DNA of 64,000 nucleotides from Candidatus Bathyarchaeota archaeon (GTDB lineage Archaea; Thermoproteota; Bathyarchaeia; Bathyarchaeales; Bathycorpusculaceae): NCBI GenBank assembly GCA_963739305.1, contig CAVTZU010000008.1, positions 1 through 64,000 on the forward strand. The letters are read 5' to 3'. The translations under genes and the position numbers were made by a program. This document shows positions 49,382 through 60,812 of the stretch, piece by piece (the first letter of the stretch is position 1; every line of letters begins with the position of its first letter). A model generated the notes under the pieces. The model was not told the DNA's origin and did not search any database. It was given only the letters and a program-made list of their open reading frames with translations.

Positions 49382-49740
49382 CGCGATGATGAGCGCGCAT
49401 GTTCCTAAACTAGTTGCGAAGCATCGTATGCTTCTCGTTTTGCTTGGTTTGGGTCGTTGACTGCAGCTTGATCAGTGCGTGCGCGAAAACCGCCTCAGAA
49501 CAACGACCGACAGCATCGAAGTTCTATTGCAGGGAACTTGAATCTTGCAGTTGAATCTCACTCATGCTTTGAACGGCTCGTATGTTGTCTAGGACTCACA
49601 AATGCACGCAATGATCGAGGTCATTGTGCATGACAAATCGGAAACGATTCTGGAAGACTAATCGTTGAGACAGAAACAGCGCGCGCGATAGATAGAAGAA
49701 TGCTCTACTGGGGTTCTTCATTGTTCGATGTGTTTGGTCT

Positions 49741-49944
49741 TCATTGACTTGTGCTTTTGCTCTTTCTCGTGGAGGCTAAGGCGAAGCCGAAAACTAATCC
49801 AAATGATGCTCCAAGTGCAATGCCTAAGGCAAGATTGTCCATTAATATTCCAAATACGACATCTAGTCCGACTCCCATTGCAAGTCCAATTCCGGTGCCA
49901 TAGGTCACATCTTTCTTGGATTCTGACCGATTATCTGTAGTCAA
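49741..49944 (-). CDS. Small glycine-zipper-like membrane protein
   Basis: GTGIGLAMGVG...LGIALGASFG; GAGG upstream. Confidence 0.6.
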   Translation of the reverse strand: MTTDNRSESKKDVTYGTGIGLAMGVGLDVVFGILMDNLALGIALGASFGLVFGFALASTRKSKSTSQ

Positions 49945-50292
49945 GTTTGTTCCTCAATTTGCTAATGAATCAAAGAGGATAGAAAAAGAAGAATAGATTT
50001 ATGCCTGAAAGTCTAATGCACAAACTGTGCCTGATGCGAGAAATGGTTTCATCACCGCCACAGTAGGAGTGCTTAATGGTATCATACTATATCGCGCGGC
50101 AGATGTCTCCCGACATGAGAACTTGATCGATCTGTGCCATATGTCATGGGATATTAGTTTCGACTCTGAATTACAAAGCTTATAAATCTACACAATCAAT
50201 TCGTAAGCATTTAATCTTTCAAACGCAAACTAAGAAGCTAGTATTAGATAGTCAGTGTATGTTTGAGGTTGCGTAAGGAGTAGATGATCTGA

Positions 50293-53200
50293 ATGGCAGA
50301 ATCTATCGTTGAGTCTTCTGCAGAAACAGTTTTGAATGTAGCCATGGCAGGAACGATCAAAGTCTTACACGTTGATGATGACCAGGTATGCCTGAAGGTT
50401 GCGAAACAATGCTTGGAAATGCAGGGTGAAATTTACGTAGACACCGTGTCTTCAGTCAATGAAGCCTCTGAAAAACTGAAGAAGACGGATTATGATGCTG
50501 TTGTTTGTGATTACCAGATGCCTGGTAAAGATGGGCTTGAATTTCTAAAAGAACTGCGAGCAAATGGAAACAATATTCCATTCATTGTTTTTACTGGAAA
50601 AGGCAGAGAGGAAATAGCCGTAAAAGCACTGAACTTGGGTGCTTCGGGATACTTCGACAAACATGGTGAACCAGAAACAGTCTATGGCGAATTGGCACAT
50701 GGCATAAGAACTACCGTGGAACAGAAGAAAGCCGAGGAGAACCTGTTTGCTGAAAGAGATAAGCTTGAAACAGTTACAAGAAGCATTGGTGCTGGGCTTA
50801 TCATGATTTCGAAAGATTACCGTACTCTTTGGGCGAATGACGTTCTCAAACGAATATTCGGCGATCTAGAGGGCAAAACCTGCTACTCAACCTACAATCA
50901 TAGAAAGAACATTTGTCCAAAATGTGGAGTTCAAGAGATTTTTGAAACTGGAAAATCCAAAGTTGTTCACGAACAAGTGAGAAAGGATGCTGACGGAAAA
51001 ATTATCTGGTCAGAGGTCACGGCTACTCCGATTAAGGACACAGATGGAAATGTCACAGCGGTGCTGGAACTGGTCATACCCATCACTCAACGTAAAAGGG
51101 CAGAGGAGGAGCTTCACGATTCTGAGGAAAAATATAGAAGTCTGGTTGAGCTGGCTCCCGACGGCATAGTAGCTGTGAATACAGAAGGCATAATCACATC
51201 GGCCAACCGTAGTTTCCTGACTTTAGTAGGCTATGACTCTGAAGAAATCGTTGGCAAACCATTCACGGAGTTGAAATCCAGTCGAGTGGAAGACATTCCA
51301 AAATTCCAGAGCATGTTCAAGTCTCTGATGAAGGGAGAATCACCTTCACCAGTTGAATTTCTTTATGTTCGGAGAGATGGAACGAGTCGATGGGCAGAAG
51401 TGCATCCTAGTTTATTGACTAAAGATGGCAATCCTGTGGGAGCTCAAGTAATCATGAGAGATGTCACTGAACGAAAGAACGCAGAGGAAAAACTGAGGTC
51501 TTTGAATGAATTCAATGAAAATGTAATTGATTCAATCGCTGACTCTCTTCTGGTAATCGATCCTAACGACTATAGAATTACAGGCTTCAATGAAGCAGCA
51601 TTGAAACGATTAATGTTAAGAAAAGAAGACCTAATGGGGAAGACTTGCTATGAAACAACTCATCATCGCTCCACACCTTGTGAACCTCCTCTTCATATTT
51701 GTCCAATTCAGGAAGTGTTAAAGACTGGCAAAACCGTTACAGTTGAACACACGCATTTCGATAAAGGCAACAACGAAATATTCGTGGAAGTTTCTGCCCA
51801 TCCTGTAAGAAACCAAGAAGGAAACACAGTCCAACTGGTTTACATCTCCAGGGACATAACAGAACGCAGTGAGTCTGAGGAGAAATTTAGGGTTCTTGCA
51901 GAACAGTCGCCAAATATGATTTTTATGAACAAGATGGGAAAGGTATTTTATGCAAATAAAAAATGCGAAGAAATTGTTGGATACCGAACGGAAGAGCTCT
52001 GCTCTCCTGATTTTAAGTTCCTCACCTTGATTGCCCCAGAATCTATAGATCAAGTAAAGTCAACTTTCAGAAGACATATGGAAGGCGAATACGTCACTCC
52101 ATACGAATGTACGCTTCTCACAAAAGAAGGAAAGAGAATAACCGCAATAATTGCGACAAATTTGATAACCTACAAGGGAGAAAAAACTATTCTTGGAATG
52201 ATAACTGACATCACAGGACGCAAAAAAGCGGAGGAAGAAAAAAGCAGGCTTCTTCATAACCTTCATGAGCGTGTAAAGGAGCTCAACTGTTTTTATGGTA
52301 TGTCAAGGCTTTTTGAGAAATCTGACATTTCGTTAGATGATGCATTGCAAAAAACGGCTGACCTGCTTCCCCCTGCTGTGCAATATCCAGACATTACATG
52401 TGCAAGAATAGTTGTTGAGAATCGAGAGTTTTCGACGAAAAACTTCAAGGAGACCAGATGGAAGCTGCAGGCTGACATTGAAGTATTTGGAAAAAAGGTT
52501 GGCTCTGTGGAAGTCGGTTACCTTGAAGAACGGCCTACAATTGCTGAAGGTCCCTTTCCGAAAGAAGAAAGATTCCTAATAGATGCCGTTGCAGAGAGAT
52601 TGGGAAGAATCACTGAACGCAAGAAAACAGAAAAGATGCTGCAGGAGAGCGAAGAAAGATTTAGAGCAATCTTTGAGGGAGCAAACGATGGCATTCTTGC
52701 TGCCGATGCTAAAACAAGAAGATTCTCTTTTGCTAATCCCGAATTTGTGAAATGACAGGCTATTCATTAGAAGAATTGCTCAAATTAGGTGTAGGTGACA
52801 TTAATCCTAAGAAAGATTTGCCTTATGTAATTGACAGTTTTGAAAAGCAAAGGCATGGGAAAGTGGCTCTTTCGAAGGACATTCCTGTTCTGAGAAAAGA
52901 TGGAAGAGTGGTTTATTGCGATGTTAGTTCTAAATCCCTGAAAATTGGAAGCCAAGAATACTTGGTAGGCATATTCAGAGACGTCACTGAAAGCAAAAAA
53001 GCGGAGGAGAAGTTAAGACAAAATAGCGATAGAATTGAAATGATGAATGAAAAGTTACGTGTGGTTGGAGGCTTGTCTAGGCATGATGTTAATAACAAGC
53101 TTTCAGCGGTGACTGGATATGCGTATTTGCTGAAGAAGAAGCATGCTGATCAGGCAGACATCGTAGAGGGATTGGGCATGATGGAGCAGGCTGTTAAAGA

Positions 53201-53708
53201 GGTTAGAAAGATTTTTGATTTCGCCAAAATATACGAGAAGTTGGGCGTTGAAGAGTTAACCTATGTTGATGTGGAGAAGACCTTAGATGAGACTGTGGCT
53301 CTTTTTTCTGGCTTAACCATTAAGGTGGTTAATGGATGTCATGGATTAACCGTGCTGGCGGATTCGTTTCTTAGGCAACTATTCTACAATTTCATTGACA
53401 ACACTAGAAAATACGGCGGGAAAGCCACAGCGGTAAGGGTGTATTATGAAAAAGCAGAGTCGGGTGAGTTGCGTCTGGTCTATGAGGATGACGGCGTAGG
53501 CATCTCCGCAGAGAACAAATTGAAACTCTTCACTGAGGGCTTTAGCACTGGGGGTAGCACAGGCTTTGGCTTGTTCTTGATCAGGAAGATGATGGAGGTT
53601 TACGGCTGGCAAATCCAAGAAACAGGTGAACCGGGTAAAGGAGCCAAATTCATCATAACGATACCCAAAGCAAACCTAAATGGAAAAGAAAACTATCAAC
53701 TCTCTTGA
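50293..53708 (+). CDS. Hybrid REC-multi-PAS histidine kinase, split by a single-base deletion at about 52741
   Basis: VLHVDDD..DYQMPGKDG receiver, repeated PAS/PAC ending DVTERK/DITER, SRHDVNNKL H-box, DDGVG, GFGL; restoring one base gives FANPxICEMTGYS. Confidence 0.88.
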
Positions 53709-54037
53709 TCGATCGATCAGTCAGGTTTCTGTAGTGCGGCTGGCTTCGGCGAAAAGATTCTTAACAAAGGGACCCATACCTTTTCCATGTTGCGGCTGGC
53801 TGTAGTCTTTTCATGCATTGTCCTGTGATTTCTTCTCCATAGTATTCTGTCATTTCTTTGCCATTCTTCTCTATACTAGTACAGGCACCATCTACTAATA
53901 CTCCTTGTGCCGAGAATCGAAGATACGGTCGGCTTGTCGTGTTTGTTCTACGGCGCGCGCGGTAACCTCAAAGTAAACGAAAGATTCTTCTAGGAGTACA
54001 TCGGTTCTTCTCAGTAGAGGGTTATTCAGGAGGAGTC

Positions 54038-55131
54038 GTGCATATGAAGCATATTAGCAGAAAGGTTGTGGCTGCTGCTCTTGTGATGCTTGCGGGACTG
54101 TTGATCCTGTTAGGTCTCCCAATATCTAAAGTTCAATCGCAATTACCTGTAGATGTAGCAATAACCAGCATTACGAATGTTGATGGCATGGTTGTATACT
54201 TCTCTGGAATGAATAAGACAAGTAACACAAACATTACAATTGACGTAAGAGTCGAAAGACTAGACAGCCAACCCATTCCATTAGTATTGGTCAACCTGAC
54301 TTTGACAAGGACAGACAGCGTTACCTCTGAAAACACGACGCTGTACAACACAACTATCCTTGTTCCCCCACTTGGAACAGTGAAACTGCCTTTGTATTGG
54401 AATGAGACGCTAGGCAAACTCTCACCCGGCACTTACGACGTGCACAGTTTTGCCGACGTGATTTCTGACGGCACCATCTACGATTCGAACATGACGAACA
54501 ACTTCATAAACGCAGGCAGAGTCAGAGTCTTTGTGGTTAAGGAAGACCTGGACGGAGACGGAATCTTGGAGTGAAAGATTCGATGTTGATGGCGAGTGCA
54601 TTTGGATGGCACGGACCGCCCGGTTCGATTCCACAAGATCTGATGCCCGACGGAGTGGTTGACTCGTTTGACGTACAAATGCTGTTGAGGATGTTTGGTT
54701 GGACGATTCAGAATCCTATACCACCAAAACCCGTCACGTGGACACTGACCATTACAACGTACCGGGGAAACTACACTGTCGAAGTCTTCAGTGACTACAT
54801 TGTGTATTCACAGTATAGTTTCAACAAGACCCTGAAGCAGCTGAGTTTCAACATAACGTCCAGCATCGACGGATTCTGCAACGTTTCAATCCCGAAAACC
54901 TTGATGTCCGGGGCTTTCACTGTGTACTTGGACGATGCGCCCACACCGTCCGTCATAACGTGGAATGCAACACATTATTTTGTATATTTCAATATAACAG
55001 GGCTTTCTCAAAAGGTCAGAATAGTGTCCGAGTACGCTGAGGAAATATTGGGCGACATAAACCACGATGGAGTCGTCGACATTTACGACGCCATCATCTT
55101 AGCGGACCACTTTGGTTGGACAGATCCCTGA
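54038..55131 (+). CDS. Secreted Ig/CARDB-like protein with dockerin loops, split by a single-base deletion at about 54566
   Basis: Signal peptide, DVAITSI..DSNMTNN, EDLDGDG../QDLMPDGVVDSFD and C-terminal GDINHDGVVDIYD; ORFs 54038-54574 and 54571-55131 join with +1 base. Confidence 0.75.
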
Positions 55132-55219
55132 CAAGCCTCGGCAAACCATCAATCTCCCCCTCTTTTTCTGAGCTTCAGGCCAACAACGTTCTTTATTTTC
55201 TAGTCGACACAAGAAACAA

Positions 55220-55253
55220 GTGTGGGGGTAAACTTCACCCCAAACCAACCAAC
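55220..55253 (+). repeat. Cassette-boundary palindrome copy 12 (variant core)
   Basis: GTGTG-GGGGTAAACTTCACCCC-AAACCAACCAAC; core 55225-55241. Confidence 0.75.
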
Positions 55254-55299
55254 TTATTTCAGAGATAGAGATATCAGATAACTGAAGGAGGCAGGATGG

Positions 55300-55743
55300 T
55301 TGAGCCAAACGGAAGACGACAAACTTCTAGCACCTTGTGGTCTCTACTGTGGGGCTTGCATAGATTATCTGGTATACAAGAGCTGTCATGGTTGTGGCTG
55401 TGATTGCGGGGAATGTGCTGCTTCGGCGCACCATGGAACCTGTGATATCTACAAATGTTGGGCCGAGCAGAAGGGTCATGAAACCTGCAGCGATTGCGAT
55501 GAATTTCCTTGCTCAAAACTCATCCAGTTCTGCCATAATCCCGTTTGGCTGCACCATTTGCCAGTCATAGAAAATCTCCGAAGACAGAAAGCCAGAGGAG
55601 CCAAGAAATGGTTGGAAGAACAGAAACAAGCTTGGAGTAATGAATGGTATCTTCAACGTTGGCTTTGGCTGCAAAAAGAATGCGAGAACAGACGAAAACA
55701 ATCTCTGGAAGAATCGAAAAATATGCTCTCCAGAAAAAAGTAG
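55300..55743 (+). CDS. DUF3795 cysteine-rich protein
   Basis: APCGLYCGAC...CHGC...CDIYKC...CSDCDEFPC..L. Confidence 0.82.
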   Translation: MSQTEDDKLLAPCGLYCGACIDYLVYKSCHGCGCDCGECAASAHHGTCDIYKCWAEQKGHETCSDCDEFPCSKLIQFCHNPVWLHHLPVIENLRRQKARGAKKWLEEQKQAWSNEWYLQRWLWLQKECENRRKQSLEESKNMLSRKK

Positions 55744-55755
55744 CAGGCGCTAATC

Positions 55756-55789
55756 TTGTTGTTGTTGGAATAAGACTTTACCCCAACAA
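55756..55789 (-). repeat. Cassette-boundary palindrome copy 13 (reverse)
   Basis: TTGTTGTTGTT-GGAATAAGACTTTACCCC-AACAA; core 55767-55784; between convergent genes. Confidence 0.82.
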
Positions 55790-55796
55790 TAAAACT

Positions 55797-56120
55797 CTAC
55801 TTGGTGGCTAATACCTTCCAGTAGTTTGGCTTGTCTTTCATTCTGGTGACCTTCTTGTTGAGGAAGTTATGCAGCAATCTGAAAAGCTCAGATTTTGTAA
55901 AGAAATGATGTAATTCTCCGAAGCACTTCTCTTCGAAAGCCTCCGTAATCCAAGAGGTATTGTCTTCCAACATTTTACCAGTACCGAATCTTGGGTCTGT
56001 CACCGAGGCTAGATTTGCGAGAAACCAACCGTTCTTACTGAGGATTCTGAAAATCTCGTTCACAGTTGCAACAATTTCCTTCTTGAATGCATGATGTATG
56101 ACGCTGACGAATATGTGCGC
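55797..56120 (-). pseudogene. C-terminal fragment of a class I SAM methyltransferase
   Basis: VIHH....IVATVNEIFRILSKNG.F and HHFFTKSEL; the N-terminal SAM motif I is absent, break near a GCGCTGCG run at about 56117. Confidence 0.65.
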
Positions 56121-56341
56121 TGCGTGTTGCTGCTTTTTCCTTCAATGAAGAGTCTCGAGGCTTCAAGCAGGCTCATGTTAGGTCTCCGCGTGCACTAAAA
56201 GATGACAATGATTCCTCTTCAAGGAAAAAGAAAAAGGATGGGATTGTTGCGGGAGACTTCGCCACTCTTTCATACCAAAAGCCTTAAGTGCGGTCTGTTT
56301 GTTAAAGTTGAATCGTCGAAAAAATAGGATGTTGAAAAAGC

Positions 56342-56845
56342 TTGGCAGTTGAAGGATTTACCGGAGCTAAACAACCCGTAGACGTCAAAATCGGCGAACT
56401 CAACCCATCTTCCCGAGCCGTGAACGTGCTGGCCAAGGTCTTGTCCAAGAGCGAAGTCAGGAACGTTGCCGCAGGAAGAGATGGAGAACCGCACAAAGTC
56501 AGCGATGCCATGGTCGGAGACGAGACAGGATGCATCTACCTAACACTTTGGGACGACAACATTGAAAAAGTCAACGACGGAGACACTGTGAACATCAAAA
56601 ACGGTTACATAAACCTGTTCAGAGGCAACATGCGACTGAACGTAGGGAGATACGGAACGCTCGAGATAGCGGAAACACCACTCGCAGGCGAAGTGAACAC
56701 GGAGAACAACATGTCAACCAAAGTGTACGAGCAAGAGAGAAGACCATTCAGAGGCGGCGGAAGAGGAGACTTCGGCGGCGGCAGACGCGATTTCGGCGGA
56801 AGAGACAGAGACAGAAGAGGCGGCTTCCGACCGAGACGTTACTAA
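56342..56845 (+). CDS. ssb: Single-stranded DNA-binding protein (crenarchaeal type) with RGG-rich tail
   Basis: VGDETGCIYLTLWD..NGYINLFRGNMRLNVGRYG OB fold; C-terminal RGGGRGDFGGGRR. Confidence 0.9.
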   Translation: MAVEGFTGAKQPVDVKIGELNPSSRAVNVLAKVLSKSEVRNVAAGRDGEPHKVSDAMVGDETGCIYLTLWDDNIEKVNDGDTVNIKNGYINLFRGNMRLNVGRYGTLEIAETPLAGEVNTENNMSTKVYEQERRPFRGGGRGDFGGGRRDFGGRDRDRRGGFRPRRY

Positions 56846-57225
56846 ACGCAACGTAGCGTTTAGAGCAACTTCCACCATTTTCTTTCATTCAACTCGACGA
56901 GTGAGAACCCTGTCAGTTTGAGACAAGCTCTGCGAAGAAGTGCTTCTTGAAAAAAGACGTGGAACATAACCTCACTTGACAGAAGAAACGAGCAGGAGTT
57001 CCCGCAAGCACGCGCTTGCACCTGAAGCCTGCTCCTTGGGTTGCAAATGACAACATCCCTGCGAGACGAGTCCACGAGAAGATCGGGTTCAGAAGGACTG
57101 CAAACAGTCTTCTCGGGTTTCATCGGAAGAAACACTAATTTCCTGCGTAACTTCCATGAGTCGACACCGCAACCCTTAAACGTTTTTGGCAACTCAAAAA
57201 CACTTCACCAATAGGAGAACCAGGA

Positions 57226-58611
57226 ATGTCCAAACCTAAAGCCAAAGAAGTCAAGCCAACCGTCGAGGAGTTATTGGCAAAAGCTAAGAAACCCTCATTA
57301 CTAGCTCCACCGCTCCACAGATTCTACGAAGGAAAAGTCCAAGTGATGCCCAAATGCGCGGTCACAAGCCCGGCTGACTTCGCAATATGGTACACGCCTG
57401 GAGTAGCAGCTGCCTGCAAGGAAATTCAAGCCGACAAGGACAAGTCTTTCGAGCTCACAAACCGATGGAACTACGTCGCCGTCGTATCGGACGGAACTCG
57501 AGTGCTGGGACTCGGCGACATCGGACCCGAGGCCGCCTTGCCCGTTATGGAAGGAAAAGGGTTACTCTTCAAGTACCTGGGCGCCGTGGACGCGTTCCCA
57601 ATCTGTATTAGAACCAAAGATCCAGATGAAATAGTGAGAACGTGCGAACTGATAGAACCCACATTCGGCGGCATAAATCTAGAAGACATCGAGAAACCAA
57701 AATGCTTCTATGTCCTAGAAAAAGCCAGAGAGAAACTGCAAATCCCAGTCTGGCATGATGACCAGCAAGGAACAGCAACAGTCATACTCGCGGGCCTGAT
57801 GAACGCATTCAAGATCGTAGGCAAAGACCCCAAGAAAGCCCTGATAACACTCGTGGGCGCCGGCTCCGCAAACCTCCGCACAGCATACGTCCTAATAAAA
57901 TGGGGAATAAAACCAGGCAACATAATGCTAGTTGACACCAAAGGCCTGATTTACCCAGGAAGAAAAGACATAACCAAAGACGAAGACCCATGGAAATACG
58001 AGCTGACACAGAAGACAAACGCGGAACACAGAACAGGAGACATCGCTGCAGCCTTCAAGAACGTTGACGCAGTCGTGGCCGCATCGAAACCAGGACCAGG
58101 CACGATAAAGAAAGAATGGATAAAAACAATGTCCGACAAATCGATAATCTTTGCATGCGCAAACCCGATACCGGAAATATGGCCCTGGGAAGCAGAAGAA
58201 GCAGGAGCCCGCATCATCGCAACAGGTCGGAGTGACTTCCCCAATCAAGTCAACAACAGCCTGGGCTTTCCAGGAATATTCAGAGGAGTTCTAGACGTGC
58301 GGGCGAAAACCATCACGGATGACATGTGCGTCGCCGCAGCACAGGAACTAGCAAAGTTCGCGGAAGAACGTGGAATGCATGAAAAAGACATCTTGCCCCG
58401 CATGGAAGAATGGGAGGTCTTCCCGCGCGAAGCAGTAGCCTGTGCACTCAAGTCGATCGAACAAGGAGTTGCAAGGATAAAACCAAGCAAGAAGGAACTC
58501 TACGACAGAGCTGTGGCATTGATCCAGAACTCTCGCGAATCAGTCAAAGCTCTCATGAAGCAAGGCTTGATTAAGCCGATGCCTCCTGAAGACAAACTGC
58601 TTGGCAAATAG
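57226..58611 (+). CDS. NAD(P)-dependent malic enzyme
   Basis: YTPGVA, VSDGTRVLGLGDIG, PVMEGK, GGINLEDI, HDDQQGTA, ATGRSDFPNQVNN. Confidence 0.95.
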   Translation: MSKPKAKEVKPTVEELLAKAKKPSLLAPPLHRFYEGKVQVMPKCAVTSPADFAIWYTPGVAAACKEIQADKDKSFELTNRWNYVAVVSDGTRVLGLGDIGPEAALPVMEGKGLLFKYLGAVDAFPICIRTKDPDEIVRTCELIEPTFGGINLEDIEKPKCFYVLEKAREKLQIPVWHDDQQGTATVILAGLMNAFKIVGKDPKKALITLVGAGSANLRTAYVLIKWGIKPGNIMLVDTKGLIYPGRKDITKDEDPWKYELTQKTNAEHRTGDIAAAFKNVDAVVAASKPGPGTIKKEWIKTMSDKSIIFACANPIPEIWPWEAEEAGARIIATGRSDFPNQVNNSLGFPGIFRGVLDVRAKTITDDMCVAAAQELAKFAEERGMHEKDILPRMEEWEVFPREAVACALKSIEQGVARIKPSKKELYDRAVALIQNSRESVKALMKQGLIKPMPPEDKLLGK

Positions 58612-58722
58612 GCAGAAAGAGAAGGCATAGCCACAAACAAGCCTAAATCTCCTTTTTTTACTTAACAAATTCAGAAAATTATTTAAACACTTCCATAGAG
58701 AATAGAGGGCGGGAGAAACAAC

Positions 58723-59220
58723 ATGCGCTCAGACTACGTGTTGTACGCAGTGGCAATAATATGTTTCATCATTACCGGTACAGTAGCCGCCTATGCAGCC
58801 ACCGAGCAAACACTATGGATCGTCATACCCGCCGTCGTCGGACTCGCCTTCATCGGAGTAGGATACACACAGAGACCAAGAGAACAAGCTGGAACCACAC
58901 AGATGGCAGTCTCTCCGCCCCCTCCGCCGCCAACAGTGACAATGCCAAAAGTCGATGATGTCATACCGGAAACGAAGGTCGACGAAAAGATCGAACCTCA
59001 ACCAGCACCGATCGTCGAAGTCAAAACGGTCATGCATGACCTGCTCGAAGTCAAAGGCATCAAAGACAAACGTGCACTACAACTAAAGGCAGTCGGAATA
59101 AACACCGTAGAAGACCTAGCAAAAGCCTCACCAGAAGAGTTGGCCTCAAAGCTAAAGATAGCGCCTTACTTCACCGGTAAATGGATCGAAAACGCCAAAG
59201 CAATCGTTGAAAAGACCTGA
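58723..59220 (+). CDS. Membrane protein with Pro-rich linker and C-terminal helix-hairpin-helix (DUF4332-like)
   Basis: 2 TM, PPPPPP linker, VKGIKDKRALQLKAVGINTVEDLA...KWIENA. Confidence 0.75.
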   Translation: MRSDYVLYAVAIICFIITGTVAAYAATEQTLWIVIPAVVGLAFIGVGYTQRPREQAGTTQMAVSPPPPPPTVTMPKVDDVIPETKVDEKIEPQPAPIVEVKTVMHDLLEVKGIKDKRALQLKAVGINTVEDLAKASPEELASKLKIAPYFTGKWIENAKAIVEKT

Positions 59221-59531
59221 CAAGGGTTCAGACAAGCCTCTCGATAACTAGATTATCGAGATTCCTACTGTGCAGCATCTCGACGGAAAAATGCCGGCAC
59301 GTTTGGGACAGCTCAGAAAAAACTCAATCTTTTTTCTATTGAATTCACTCAACGCACTGACGCACCTGACGCTTCCCAGATGGAACCCAGGCGCCCAATA
59401 TTTGTTTTCTAATCACAGTGTTTTCCGAAAAAAGCCACAGGGAATAAATCGTTTTATGCTTGCTAATTTTCTTCAGTTGATGACCACGTTGCATGGTCTA
59501 CTTCCAAAGAGAAGCTTCCTCAAAGGCGCCA

Positions 59532-59816
59532 CTACATCATCGCGATCTTGACTATATTCCGCCTTTCCAACCTCTTCAAAGCGTCCAGAAACTCGTTCTT
59601 TTTCTTGCCCGTCAGCTTGAAGCTTTGAATCATATCTTTGATCGGCATGCCAGGCTTCCCAAAACCAGCGTTCCGTCTGCAGAGATTCTTCACTATCGAT
59701 CTCTCCAGCTTTCCACACCGCCAAGTCGTGTTTCGAATAAGAATCACAATTGCCTTGACGAGCCTCTGAGTTTCCTTCTCTTCCCCTGCGACCAAAGCCC
59801 TCTCACTGTTCATCAT
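59532..59816 (-). CDS. Hypothetical protein, possible winged helix
   Basis: 94 aa ending FLDALKRLERRNIVKI; divergent promoter region shared with the next gene. Confidence 0.55.
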   Translation of the reverse strand: MMNSERALVAGEEKETQRLVKAIVILIRNTTWRCGKLERSIVKNLCRRNAGFGKPGMPIKDMIQSFKLTGKKKNEFLDALKRLERRNIVKIAMM

Positions 59817-59892
59817 GATATATGAACAAAAGGCTTTTAGAGTTTGCGTTCACAAAGAAACCCTTAGATAACCATCATGGAGAATCAATACG

Positions 59893-60318
59893 ATGTTAAA
59901 GGGATCCGTAGGCAGAATATGCTTCGCCCGCTTCCGCGAAGACGATGACATCGCCGAATCCATAAAGAAAACAGCCCAACAAAACGACGTAAAAGCCGGA
60001 GCCATAATCCTCATCGGTGCTCTAAAACAAGCCGTGCTAGGCTGCTACAAGAACGGAGAGTACATCAACACCGAACTGAAAGGCCACTTCGAAATAGCAT
60101 CATGCACCGGCAACCTAGCTATCGACGAGAAAGGCGAAACTGCAGTACACGCTCACATCGTCGTCTCAAACGAAAAAGGCCAAGCCTTTGGAGGACACTT
60201 GCAAAAAGGCTGCCTCGTAGGACCCACAGCTGAACTCATAATAATAGAAGCAACAGGAATCGACCTCCAAAGAGCATTTGACGAAAAGACCAAGCTGAGG
60301 CTCCTGAAACTAAGCTAA
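59893..60318 (+). CDS. PPC/DUF296 domain protein
   Basis: EIASCTGN, VHAHIVV, GGHL, TAEL. Confidence 0.9.
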   Translation: MLKGSVGRICFARFREDDDIAESIKKTAQQNDVKAGAIILIGALKQAVLGCYKNGEYINTELKGHFEIASCTGNLAIDEKGETAVHAHIVVSNEKGQAFGGHLQKGCLVGPTAELIIIEATGIDLQRAFDEKTKLRLLKLS

Positions 60319-60762
60319 TCTCTTCCTCAGATACACGCCGTGAGCATTGCGATAGTAGTTCTTCAGCTTCCCAACTGTATCGTAACCCAATTTCCTGTAC
60401 AACCCAATGGCTGCCGCATTATCTTCTCTGACCTCAAGACTGGAAGCTTCAACATCTTTCTGTCGAAAGACACTCTCGATCTCCAGTAGCAGTTTTTCGC
60501 CGATACCACGCCGACGATAAGCGGGCAACACCTCTATCGTATAGATGTGTCCGTGCAATGCCTTTCTATCCGCATAGATAACTCCGATCACGAAGCCCGC
60601 GATTTGTCCTTCAACCCGCGCAACCAAACTTATCGAGTTGTAGTCTCCGAGCAACCGGGCAATCTGACTCTTCGTGAATGCCTCTTCCTTGAAACACTCG
60701 GACTCGATCTCGTAAAGTCTGTCGAGGTCTCCGAAAGATGCATCTTCGATCGTTATGGACAT
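60310..60762 (-). CDS. rimI: RimI/Ard1 family N-acetyltransferase
   Basis: GHIYTIEVLPAYRRRGIG, LEVREDNAAAIGLYRKLGY, NYY. Confidence 0.88.
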   Translation of the reverse strand: MSITIEDASFGDLDRLYEIESECFKEEAFTKSQIARLLGDYNSISLVARVEGQIAGFVIGVIYADRKALHGHIYTIEVLPAYRRRGIGEKLLLEIESVFRQKDVEASSLEVREDNAAAIGLYRKLGYDTVGKLKNYYRNAHGVYLRKRLA

Positions 60763-60812
60763 TGTTCAGGACTAGTGAACGATACTCCACGGTAGAATTT
60801 AGGCTTTCATAG

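Noticed and set aside
56860-57192. 110-aa minus-strand ORF between ssb and malic enzyme
   Set aside because: No motif, and its start overlaps the malic enzyme promoter; cannot be supported.
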